A stretch of 64,000 nucleotides of DNA from an uncultured Planctomycetaceae bacterium. GTDB lineage: Bacteria > Planctomycetota > Planctomycetia > Planctomycetales > Planctomycetaceae. Both the position numbers and the translations under genes were made by a program. This document shows, one piece after another, positions 9,582 to 18,539 of the stretch. The notes beneath the pieces were generated by a model. The model ran no database searches. It saw only the letters and a program-made list of their open reading frames with translations, and was not told where the DNA came from. The stretch lies in assembly GCA_963976765.1 (NCBI GenBank), contig CAXBME010000011.1, positions 124,001 through 188,000 on the forward strand, given 5' to 3'. Positions within the stretch are counted from its first letter, which is position 1. Each line of letters starts with the position of its first letter.

Positions 9582-12500
9582 TTAATTTAAAGACGACAGA
9601 TACTCCAGCAGGTCGCTGAGATCCTGGTTGGTCAGGCGGTGGTCGAGACCGTTGGGCATGATGGACGTTGTGGACTCGCTCATTTCTTCGATCGAGTCTC
9701 GATTGATGCGGACTTCGGACAGGTCCGCCCGACGAAGCATCAGGGAGTCTGTCGTTTCGCGGGTGATCAGACCTGAGTGAACTCGGCCTCGATCGGTGAC
9801 GATCGTCCAGGTTTTGTAGCCGCGAGCAAAGCTGGCGCTGGGAAACATGATGGCTTCCAGCAGGTCGCGTTGTTTGCGGATCGCTCCAATCTTTGTGAGG
9901 TCCGGCCCGACCTTACCGCCCTGCCCAGCCACCGTATGACAGCTTGAGCAGGCAGTGCTCCTGCCGAAAAAGATTTCACGACCGCGTGCCGCGTCACCGG
10001 CGGCCAACGATGCCTGCTTTTTCTGAAGGGCAACTTCGCTGGATGTCTCCGAGAACCGGCTGTCGACAAACTTCTGAACGTCAGAGCGCAGCGTTTCGGG
10101 AGCGTTATCCAGAAATGCCAGAAGCTCCGTCTTTGGCAAACGGAGCTCTTCCGGCAAATCCTTCAAAGATGCCAGAACTACTTTCGTCAGTTCGGTATTC
10201 AAGTCGCTTGAGAACTCCTGAAGAAGGATTCCCACGGTCAGCGCCCCAGCCGTGCCGAGCTGCTCCGCAATTTGACGACGCTGCGATTCAGAAAGCGGGA
10301 GGCTGACTGCCGTTCTCGCCGCGGCGAGTTTCAGCAACGGCGCGGCATCCTCGGTCAACTGACCGAGAAGAAACGCCAGCTCCGCGTCTTCGATTTCGGT
10401 GCGCCGATCAGCTCCAGCCCCGAGGGCGTCAATTCTCAGGTCGACCGATTGCTGCTCATCCTGAGACAGTTTCAGCAGTTCGTCGTCAAAGGCGTCACTG
10501 TCAAAGGCGGCAACCGTTCTGACAGCCTGATGTCTGACTGCGGAGTCTGAACTGGCAAGATTCGTCGGAATTCTCATCGCCCAACTGGCAGGCAACTCCG
10601 GTAGCCCGGACTCGGCAACAACTTCGAGCAACAACAGACGCGACGCCTGTGGTAACTTCTGGTCGAGCAACAGGTCCGAGACCAACTTCTGCACGGTCTC
10701 GTCGCTGATCTGCGAACGCAGGAATCCTCGAATCATGGAAGCTCGTCCCGCCGTCTGACGCGACTCAAGCAGCCAGTTGCTCAGCAGCGTCAACGTCTCA
10801 CTCGCCCAGCCTTCGTGCCGGGAAATCACGTCCAGCGCCGCTTGTCGCAAAGGCTCGTCATCCGTATCGAGCAACGAGACAACAGCTTCACGCGACAGAT
10901 TGTCGCCGCCCATCTGGTCGAGCGTGATCAGCGCCGCTCGACGGACAACCGGATGATCGTGTTGCAACATCGTTCTTGTGTGGTGAACGTCGTGCAGCCG
11001 AATCGCCGCCAGAATAATCGCGTGTTCCGTTTGCCGATCTGTCGGTTCGCGACCGGGCGTTTCGACGACGTGACCTGTCTCCTGAAGCAACGCGTAAACG
11101 ACGTTTTTATCGATCGCCTGTTCTCGATACTTTTTGCTCCGCGACACGACAACGCCCAGAAGCCGCGCTAACGACCGCCGCAACGCCGCCGATCGTGCTT
11201 TCCGAAAGGCACTTTCAACGCCAGCCACATCGAACTGCAGTTCCGGTTGCCCGTCAAATGAATCAGCCAATGCCGTTGCCACTGCAATTTTAAGATTCTC
11301 TGGATGCCAGGGATGCCCCAGCACCTGCTGCAAAACCGCGACTCGTTCGTTACTCAGATTTCGAGAGATCGCCCAGACGAGATTGAGCTTCCCCTGAGCT
11401 GACAACAACGAGTTCTTTTCTGACTCATGATCAAGTAACGCTGACAGCAAGGCGGACCGTTTCAATTCCGAATCTTCAACGCCAGCGATGTGATCGATGA
11501 CTCGCTCCACAACTGCGGGCCGCGGATCATCAAGAAACCTGCTGCCAGATTCTCGGACGCTCATCCCGTCGAACTTCAAACTTTGACCACGTGGGTCGTC
11601 GATTCCTGGCTGTCCCGCGCGGCGGATTCGATAGATCGCTCCGGCGATGTCGGGCTTGGCGATCTGCGACGTCGGACAGCCGATGCGGAACCAGCCTCCC
11701 GTGTCAATCAGGAGCAGACTTCCGTCGGCATCTTCCAGAACATCGGTCGGGTGGAAGTCAGGGTCGTCGCTGCTGAGGAATTCAGTTTCGGTCGTTTTGA
11801 AAGTTCCGCCACTTCGTTCGATTTTCGAGTTGATCAGTTTGCCCGTATTGAAAATCGAGGTGAAAATCGTGTCTTTGTACTCGTCGCCGAGCACCGACGA
11901 TCGGTATCGGCACATGCCGGACACAGCGACGTGTCCAAACCTGGTGATTGGTCCGAGCAGGTCGCCGGTTTGAGTGAACTCGGCGACGCTCGCTTCCTGA
12001 TGCGGGTACACGCCGCCATCCTGCCAGTGGACGAGGCAGTCCACTCGCGGATTCGTGTAGAGGATGTTGACTGAGCCGATCACTTCTCCGGCCGGCATAA
12101 AATCGACCTCGACCGGATTATCCATCCCTCCTCCGCAGAACATGCGAATATCCGAACCATCAGGCCTCATCGAGAAAATCCCCGAACCGCGTTTCTTACT
12201 CGTGACGGCTCCAACGTCGTCGCGGAACTCGTGCCCGTGCCGACCGTCGCACCAGTAAATTCGCCCGGTGGGGCTGAGGAATGGCCCGTGAATACTCGCC
12301 GCATTTCCGTTGTAGCCGAACTTGCCGACAAGTATTTCTCGTTTGTCAGCGACGCCGTCGTCGTCAGTGTCCTGCAAACGCCAGATGTTCGGCGGCGCTG
12401 CGACGTAGACCGAACCTCGATACGGCAACGCGCCCATTGGCAGAGTCATCCTGTCCGCGAAGACCGTGGTCTTGTCGAAGACGCCGTCTCCGTCCATGTC

Positions 12501-12782
12501 TTCCAGCATGCGGACAAAGTTTGGAAGTTCCGTTTCCAGCTCGGCGGGACGCAGATTCTTCCCGGCGCTTTCAGCGATGAACAGTCGACCGCGCTCGTCG
12601 AAGTTAGCCAGCATCGGATGCCCAACGAGCGGCGGTCCAGCGACGCGTTCAATCGTGAAGCCATTGGGAACGCGGATCGAGCCTCGTTCCGTCGTGATCA
12701 ATGGAGATGGCTCAGCCTGGGCAGACATTGTCGGCATTGAGACCAGAATCAGAACGATCGCGACGCAGTATTGACGATTCAT
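9582..12782 (-). CDS. PVC-type heme-binding protein (beta-propeller dehydrogenase-like + HEAT repeats + cytochrome c)
   Basis: Signal peptide; DxDxDG loops (DMDGDGVFD, DTDDDGVAD); FHPTDVLEDADGSLL; helical repeats; C-terminal CSSCH...VGPDLT...SIMP. Start set at ATG 12782. Confidence 0.9.
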   Translation of the reverse strand: MNRQYCVAIVLILVSMPTMSAQAEPSPLITTERGSIRVPNGFTIERVAGPPLVGHPMLANFDERGRLFIAESAGKNLRPAELETELPNFVRMLEDMDGDGVFDKTTVFADRMTLPMGALPYRGSVYVAAPPNIWRLQDTDDDGVADKREILVGKFGYNGNAASIHGPFLSPTGRIYWCDGRHGHEFRDDVGAVTSKKRGSGIFSMRPDGSDIRMFCGGGMDNPVEVDFMPAGEVIGSVNILYTNPRVDCLVHWQDGGVYPHQEASVAEFTQTGDLLGPITRFGHVAVSGMCRYRSSVLGDEYKDTIFTSIFNTGKLINSKIERSGGTFKTTETEFLSSDDPDFHPTDVLEDADGSLLLIDTGGWFRIGCPTSQIAKPDIAGAIYRIRRAGQPGIDDPRGQSLKFDGMSVRESGSRFLDDPRPAVVERVIDHIAGVEDSELKRSALLSALLDHESEKNSLLSAQGKLNLVWAISRNLSNERVAVLQQVLGHPWHPENLKIAVATALADSFDGQPELQFDVAGVESAFRKARSAALRRSLARLLGVVVSRSKKYREQAIDKNVVYALLQETGHVVETPGREPTDRQTEHAIILAAIRLHDVHHTRTMLQHDHPVVRRAALITLDQMGGDNLSREAVVSLLDTDDEPLRQAALDVISRHEGWASETLTLLSNWLLESRQTAGRASMIRGFLRSQISDETVQKLVSDLLLDQKLPQASRLLLLEVVAESGLPELPASWAMRIPTNLASSDSAVRHQAVRTVAAFDSDAFDDELLKLSQDEQQSVDLRIDALGAGADRRTEIEDAELAFLLGQLTEDAAPLLKLAAARTAVSLPLSESQRRQIAEQLGTAGALTVGILLQEFSSDLNTELTKVVLASLKDLPEELRLPKTELLAFLDNAPETLRSDVQKFVDSRFSETSSEVALQKKQASLAAGDAARGREIFFGRSTACSSCHTVAGQGGKVGPDLTKIGAIRKQRDLLEAIMFPSASFARGYKTWTIVTDRGRVHSGLITRETTDSLMLRRADLSEVRINRDSIEEMSESTTSIMPNGLDHRLTNQDLSDLLEYLSSLN

Positions 12783-12841
12783 TGACGACTTCCCAAACCG
12801 GTGCCGGAACGATCTCAAGGGTAACACGGTATTCAATACGT

Positions 12842-12863
12842 GTGCCACTGGCTCAGCCAGTGC
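12842..12863. repeat. REP-like palindrome GTGCCACTGGCTCAGCCAGTGC
   Basis: Hairpin CACTGGC/GCCAGTG. A related copy occurs in the opposite orientation at 24773-24795. Confidence 0.55.
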
Positions 12864-12926
12864 ACCGCTGAATCACGACATTGAAACATCCGTCGCCGAC
12901 ATGAACGCTTCGCGAGTTAGAAACTG

Positions 12927-12973
12927 ACGCGAAGACACGAAGTTCTCGATTCTGACCTTCGCGTCTTCAGCGT
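12927..12973. repeat. REP-like inverted repeat (CGCGAAG-type)
   Basis: ACGCGAAGACACGAAG ... CTTCGCGTCTTCAGCGT, imperfect inverted arms in a divergent intergenic region. Confidence 0.55.
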
Positions 12974-13193
12974 GAGTCGCGGTTTGGTTACGGCACAGCC
13001 TCTTTGACTGAGGCCTTCTAATAATTCCGAGAGGTTACGACGGACACTTTCCATTGAAATCTCTCAGTGCGACGGGCCATCGTGCTTGACGGTTGTTGCT
13101 GACAGAACAGCGTCAGTAAACTTTGCCTCCGGTTTTCCTCGCCATCCATCATTCCCTCGCGACCAGCGACGCGTTCCCCGCCAGGACTTGCTC

Positions 13194-15980
13194 ATGCCAG
13201 TGACACATCGCCACCTCTGGTGCATTCTTCTCATCGTCTGTGCCGTGCCATTATTGCTTCTGCACAGCGGAGCCGATTTCGCAGCAGCGGCGACTCCAAC
13301 TCACCCCGTCGTGCCGGGTTTCGATCGGATCTATTCAGCGGCTGATGCGGATGCCGTAGAAGGCGGTCGTCTTCTGCTCACCGAACTGAACTGTGTGTCG
13401 TGCCACAAAGCGGAAGGCGATATCGCGAAGCAGCTAAAAGTGAAACAAGCTCCGATTCTTGACGCGGCCGGAGCACGCGTCGAAATTGCCTGGCTGCAGA
13501 AATTCCTGACATCAACTCATGCGGAAAAAGCGGGTACGACGATGCCCGACCTGTTCGCAGGACTCGACGACTCTGAACGAACCAGACAGGTCACCGCGTT
13601 GACTCACTTCCTCGCTCAGACCGGAAATGTCGCGGACGCGCTGGGCGATTCAGCAGCCGTTGGTCGAGGCCGGGAACTGTTCCACACGATCGGGTGTGTC
13701 GCCTGCCACGCGCCGATCAAAGATGGCATTGAGGCACCGGCAAACTCGGTCCCGCTGGGAGCGATCGCTGAAAAATATTCTATCACGAGCCTCACGACAT
13801 TCCTGAAGAACCCGCTGGCCGTGCGACCTTCCGGGCGTATGCCGAACTTCAAGCTCGACGACAAACAGGCTCGTGACATTGCTTCATTCTTTTTTCGAGA
13901 CAAAAAGATCGCAGCAAATGTCAACTTCAAATATTACGAAGGTGGCTGGCAGAACCTGCCCGACTTCAGCACGCTGACTCCCAGTACTGAAGGTCAGGCC
14001 AGCGGCTTCGACGTCGGTGTTCGACAAAAAAATGACGGGTTCGGGATTCGCTTCTCCGGCTTTATTCATTTGCCAGAAGATGGCGACTTCCGATTCTTTC
14101 TCGGCTCAGACGACGGCAGCGAATTGCGGATCGATGGAACGAGAATCATTCTCAACGACGGAATTCATCCTCACAGTGTTAAAGATGGCACGGCCCAACT
14201 GAAAGCCGGCGTTCACGAAGTGCAGGTCGACTATTTCGAAGGCGGCGGCGAAGAAAGTCTCACTGTCGAAATCCAGGGACCGGGACTTGCCAGACAGCCG
14301 CTGGCATCAATCACCACGATCACGAAAGACCTACCGAAGAAAGAGGTCGACGGGGAAGTCTTTACTTTCGACAAGGCGCTGGCAAAGGAGGGGCAGCAAC
14401 TCTTTGCGTCGATCGGTTGCGCGTCCTGCCACCAGCTGAAACTTGACAATCAGCAGATTGCCTCGACCGCTTCGGCAAAGAAACTGTCAGACCTGTCCAA
14501 CGTCAAAGCCGGATGTCTGGCCGCGACGCCATCGAAAGGTGTTCCGCATTACCGACTCAGCGGCACTCAGCGAACGCACCTTGAGGCGGCTCTGAAAACG
14601 GTCTCTCAGCCAGCCGAAGACACACCTCAAAAGTCGATTCACCGAACGCTGGCCCAGTTCAACTGCTTCGCCTGCCACTCGCGAGACAGGACCGGCGGCG
14701 TCGACGAAGCTCACGACGAATTCTTTACTTCAACAATGAAAGAGATGGGGGACGAAGGACGAATTCCTCCACCGCTCGATGGTGTCGCTGACAAACTCAC
14801 CGGGAAATGGCTGAAGGGAATTCTGGACAACGGAGCCAAAGACCGGCCTTACATGCTGACCATGATGCCGCAGTTTGGCGGTGGCAACGTGGGACATCTT
14901 CAGGCGGAGTTGCAGGCAGTCGACCAGAAGATCGAAGCCAGCTTCCCGGATTACGACTTGCCGGACGCAAAAATGAAAGCCATCGGTCGACAGCTTGCCG
15001 GCGAAAAGGGCCTCGGCTGCATCAAGTGTCACACGTTTGACAAGTTCAAAGCGACAGGCATTCAGTCGATCGACCTGACAATCATGGCCGAACGACTTCG
15101 TAAGGACTGGTTCCATCGCTACATGGCCAACCCGCAAAAATACCGGCCAGGTACTCGCATGCCGGCTCCGTGGCCGTTTGGCCAAGCGACCATTCGAGAC
15201 GTGCTCGATGTCGGCAACGTCGAACAGCAGGTTGCTCAGCAGAAAGAAGCCGTCTGGCTGTTCCTTGAAGACGGAAAGAAGGCTGGCATACCAGCGGGAT
15301 TGAACAGCGGCGGAATTATTCTGAAGCCGGAGACTGTGCCAATTATCTATAGAAACTTCATCGAAGGCGTCAGTCCGCGAGGAATCGCGGTCGGTTACCC
15401 CGAACGCGTCAACCTCTGCTTCGACGCAGACACGTTTTCGCTCGCCCTCATCTGGGAAAACGATTTCATCGACGCGTCGAAACACTGGAACGGTCGCGGC
15501 CAGGGATTTCAGCCGCCGCTCGGCGACAACGTCTACGACCTCGTTCGTGGTGTTCCTTTCGCAGTTCTCGAAGACGTCGATGCATCGTGGCCAACCGCTC
15601 CAGCCGCCGAGCAGGGGTACCGGTTCCTCGGCTACCGGTTTAATTCAAGCCGTCAGCCGATCTTCCGATACTCCAAGGATCGGATCGCTGTCACGGATGA
15701 AATCGTGCCTCGCCGAAACGAAAAGAAGCTGGCGTCGTTCGAACGAACATTGACGCTGGAGTCGCCATCGCCAATAGCCAGCTTGTATTACCGGACCGCT
15801 TCGGCAACAAAGATCGAACAGCTTAACGGTGAATTCATCCTCGACGGACACCTGAGAATATCACTCGGGAACGCCGCCAAAGACGCCATCATCCGTCAAA
15901 GTGGCGGCAAATCCGAACTGCTCGTACCAGTCGCTTTTGAAAATGGTCGAGCGTCATTCACGCAGATCTACGAATGGTAG
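13194..15980 (+). CDS. Secreted penta-heme cytochrome c with PA14 domain
   Basis: Five CxxCH motifs (CVSCH, CVACH, CASCH, CFACH, CIKCH). PA14 signature FFLGSDDGSELRIDG...NDGIH...YFEGGG. Signal peptide follows ATG 13194. Confidence 0.9.
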   Translation: MPVTHRHLWCILLIVCAVPLLLLHSGADFAAAATPTHPVVPGFDRIYSAADADAVEGGRLLLTELNCVSCHKAEGDIAKQLKVKQAPILDAAGARVEIAWLQKFLTSTHAEKAGTTMPDLFAGLDDSERTRQVTALTHFLAQTGNVADALGDSAAVGRGRELFHTIGCVACHAPIKDGIEAPANSVPLGAIAEKYSITSLTTFLKNPLAVRPSGRMPNFKLDDKQARDIASFFFRDKKIAANVNFKYYEGGWQNLPDFSTLTPSTEGQASGFDVGVRQKNDGFGIRFSGFIHLPEDGDFRFFLGSDDGSELRIDGTRIILNDGIHPHSVKDGTAQLKAGVHEVQVDYFEGGGEESLTVEIQGPGLARQPLASITTITKDLPKKEVDGEVFTFDKALAKEGQQLFASIGCASCHQLKLDNQQIASTASAKKLSDLSNVKAGCLAATPSKGVPHYRLSGTQRTHLEAALKTVSQPAEDTPQKSIHRTLAQFNCFACHSRDRTGGVDEAHDEFFTSTMKEMGDEGRIPPPLDGVADKLTGKWLKGILDNGAKDRPYMLTMMPQFGGGNVGHLQAELQAVDQKIEASFPDYDLPDAKMKAIGRQLAGEKGLGCIKCHTFDKFKATGIQSIDLTIMAERLRKDWFHRYMANPQKYRPGTRMPAPWPFGQATIRDVLDVGNVEQQVAQQKEAVWLFLEDGKKAGIPAGLNSGGIILKPETVPIIYRNFIEGVSPRGIAVGYPERVNLCFDADTFSLALIWENDFIDASKHWNGRGQGFQPPLGDNVYDLVRGVPFAVLEDVDASWPTAPAAEQGYRFLGYRFNSSRQPIFRYSKDRIAVTDEIVPRRNEKKLASFERTLTLESPSPIASLYYRTASATKIEQLNGEFILDGHLRISLGNAAKDAIIRQSGGKSELLVPVAFENGRASFTQIYEW

Positions 15981-15991
15981 GCTAAACGTCC

Positions 15992-16060
15992 GCAGGGTCG
16001 GTCTTGACGCACCGTTCAACGTTCCCAATTACAAATTTGGTGTGTCCAGACGCCCCCCTC
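15992..16060. repeat. Degenerate GTAG-type REP doublet (REPIN-like)
   Basis: GCAGGGTCGGTCTTGACGCACC ... GGTGTGTCCAGACGCCCCCCTC, an imperfect inverted pair. Confidence 0.5.
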
Positions 16061-16100
16061 CCAAAATCTAAGCCCCGCCTGAATCTCCAAGGATTGTCAC

Positions 16101-17588
16101 ATGACAGCCCACTCCAATTTCATTCGAGTTTTCGCGATCGTCAGTTCTCTGGTCAGCGTTTTCGTCTCGCCAACGCTGGCGCAGAATGCGCCGGTCGAGA
16201 ACGATTACTACCGCATGGACTCGTTCAAACTTCCCGACGACCTCGTGCTTGAGATCGGGGGGATTGAATGGTTTAACGACAAGCTGGCCATCTCGACGCG
16301 CCGAGGAGACATCTACACCGTCGAGAATGCGCTTGCCGAAACGATTGGCGACGCAAAGCTGAAACCCTTCGCGATTGGGCTGCACGAGGTTCTGGGACTG
16401 ACTCAGAAAGACGGCTGGCTGTACGCAACTCAGCGAGGTGAAGTCTCTCGACTGAAAGACGAAGACGGCGATGGCACCGCAGACATTATCGAAACCGTCT
16501 GTGACAAGTGGGGCATCACCGGCGACTATCACGAGTACGCGTTCGGGTCGAAGTTCGACAAAGACGGCAACATCTGGGTCGTACTCTGCCTGACCGGATC
16601 TTTCAACAGCAACACTCCATACCGTGGCTGGTGCGTTCGCGTCACGCCGGATGGAGAAATGATCCCAACTTGCAGCGGCATTCGATCTCCAGGCGGAATC
16701 GGAGCAAACCACCTGGGCGAAATCTTCTACACCGACAATCAGGGACCGTGGAACGGGACGTGCAGCCTCAAGCAGCTTCGACCGGGATCGTTTCAGGGGC
16801 ATCCTGGCGGCAACCGATGGTACGAATCGACGTCGGCCATCGGCCCCAAACCCGTCGAACCGGTCAGTGGCAGCCGCATGATGGTCGAACAGCCAAAGAT
16901 TCCGGAACTCGTCCCGCCCGCGATTTACTTTCCGTACAAGAAGATGGGCCAGTCGGCCAGCGGCATCGCATGCGATGTTTCAGGAGGAAAGTTTGGCCCA
17001 TTTGAGAATCAGCTTTTCGTCGGCGATCAGACATTCAGCACCGTCATGCGTTGCAGTCTCGAAATGGTCAACGGCTTTTACCAGGGTGCATGCTACCCGT
17101 TCCGCGAAGGATTTGGTTCGGGCAGTCTGGCCGTTCAATTCACTTCCGACGGAAGCATGTTTGTCGGTGGGACAAATCGAGGCTGGGGGTCGCGAGGCCG
17201 ACAGCCATACGCTCTCGATCGACTTCGCTGGACCGGCAAAGTGCCTTTCGAGATTCACGAAATGAAAGCTAAGCCCGACGGCTTCGAACTGACATTCACT
17301 CAGCCTGTCGACCGCGAATCGGCAGGCAATGCCGAGTCGTACAAGCTCGGCACCTACGCCTACATTTTCCAGGCCGCCTACGGAAGTCCAGAAGTCGACC
17401 ACACGACTCCGACAATCGATCGAGTTGAAGTCAGCACCGATGGCCAGGCTGCTCGCCTTTACGTGACCGGCCTTCAACAGGGCCATGTCCACGAACTGCA
17501 TTGCGACGGCGTCAAATCGCAGGCCGGATTCCCACTGCTCCACTCAGAAGCCTACTACACGCTGAACTTCATTCCTGAAGCCGACTGA
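16101..17588 (+). CDS. Secreted beta-propeller protein (glucose/sorbosone dehydrogenase-like)
   Basis: Signal peptide ending TLA-Q; motifs [23 protein letters not shown] and YTDNQGPW. Co-oriented with the penta-heme cytochrome. Confidence 0.8.
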   Translation: MTAHSNFIRVFAIVSSLVSVFVSPTLAQNAPVENDYYRMDSFKLPDDLVLEIGGIEWFNDKLAISTRRGDIYTVENALAETIGDAKLKPFAIGLHEVLGLTQKDGWLYATQRGEVSRLKDEDGDGTADIIETVCDKWGITGDYHEYAFGSKFDKDGNIWVVLCLTGSFNSNTPYRGWCVRVTPDGEMIPTCSGIRSPGGIGANHLGEIFYTDNQGPWNGTCSLKQLRPGSFQGHPGGNRWYESTSAIGPKPVEPVSGSRMMVEQPKIPELVPPAIYFPYKKMGQSASGIACDVSGGKFGPFENQLFVGDQTFSTVMRCSLEMVNGFYQGACYPFREGFGSGSLAVQFTSDGSMFVGGTNRGWGSRGRQPYALDRLRWTGKVPFEIHEMKAKPDGFELTFTQPVDRESAGNAESYKLGTYAYIFQAAYGSPEVDHTTPTIDRVEVSTDGQAARLYVTGLQQGHVHELHCDGVKSQAGFPLLHSEAYYTLNFIPEAD

Positions 17589-17683
17589 AATCTCGTGATG
17601 GTCGCATGAAGTTTACGGGTCGACGAAAGCTGGCCCCGAACGTAGGCTGGATTCTCTCCTGAATATTATCCGAGAGAAACGGC

Positions 17684-18313
17684 ATGCCCGGACTGACTAC
17701 TGCCAGTTCTGACTTCAGTGCGACATCGCCTTCGCTGATCCGGCGTGTGGCAGATCGAGATCCAGAAGCGTGGCGGCGGTTTACTCGGCTGTACGGTCCG
17801 CTGGTTTTTCACTGGTGCCGGCAGCAGGGACTTTCGGAGCACGACGCGGCTGACGTGATGCAGGATGTGTTTGTGTCGGTGGCGCGGGCCGTGGCTGCTT
17901 ATGAAGATCGAGCGGGCAGCCGGTTTCGAGGCTGGCTGTGGACGATTACTCAGAATCAGATCGTCACTTTTGCCCGCAAGCGTGCTCGCTCTGGAGCCCC
18001 CGACGGTGGCACGCAAAACTGGCAGCAGTTGCTGAACGTTGCCGAGTCACTCTCCGACGATCCAGACCCGTTTACGAGCCAGTTCGAACTAGACGCTCTT
18101 TATCGCCGAGGTCTGGAACTTGTCCGTCAGGAATTCCGTCCGCGGACGTGGGAAATCTTCTGGCGGAACGTCGTGGAAGATCAGCCGACGGACTCCGTAG
18201 CCGCCGAATTCGGAGTTTCTTCAAACTCGGTCAGGCAAACGCGATCTCGCGTTTTGCGGCGAATTCGGCAGGAACTGGGCGACCAGAGTGGCCCTTCGCT
18301 GAGTAACTCGTGA
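17684..18313 (+). CDS. ECF RNA polymerase sigma-70 factor (kinase-associated planctomycete type)
   Basis: TSPSLIRRV, AWRRFTRLYGPLV, DAADVMQDVF and FRGWLWTIT; region 4 VAAEFGVSSNSVRQTRSRVLRRIR. Confidence 0.93.
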   Translation: MPGLTTASSDFSATSPSLIRRVADRDPEAWRRFTRLYGPLVFHWCRQQGLSEHDAADVMQDVFVSVARAVAAYEDRAGSRFRGWLWTITQNQIVTFARKRARSGAPDGGTQNWQQLLNVAESLSDDPDPFTSQFELDALYRRGLELVRQEFRPRTWEIFWRNVVEDQPTDSVAAEFGVSSNSVRQTRSRVLRRIRQELGDQSGPSLSNS

Positions 18314-18350
18314 CCATCTGTCGCGCTCGTTTCGTTATATCAGACAGGAA

Positions 18351-18497
18351 GCAGTTTCTGTCGGTGAGACGTACGCTGGCTCGAAAAGAGAGCTCACGCT
18401 AAGGCATTAAGCCGCGAAGTTCTTCATTTTCTTCCCTGGCGACTTCGTGCCTTTGCGCGAGATTCCGAGACTCGTACGTCTGACTCTTAGAAACCGC
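18351..18497. repeat. Long imperfect inverted repeat (CGCAAAG/CGCGAAG-type REP core) between sigma and kinase
   Basis: Nested arms GCAGTTTCT/AGAAACCGC, AGACGTACG/CGTACGTCT and CTCACGCTAAGGCA/TGCCTTTGCGCGAG. Confidence 0.55.
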
Positions 18498-18539
18498 TGT
18501 TTGATCGCGAATCTCCACGGAACTCCGGAGCGACTTCTC

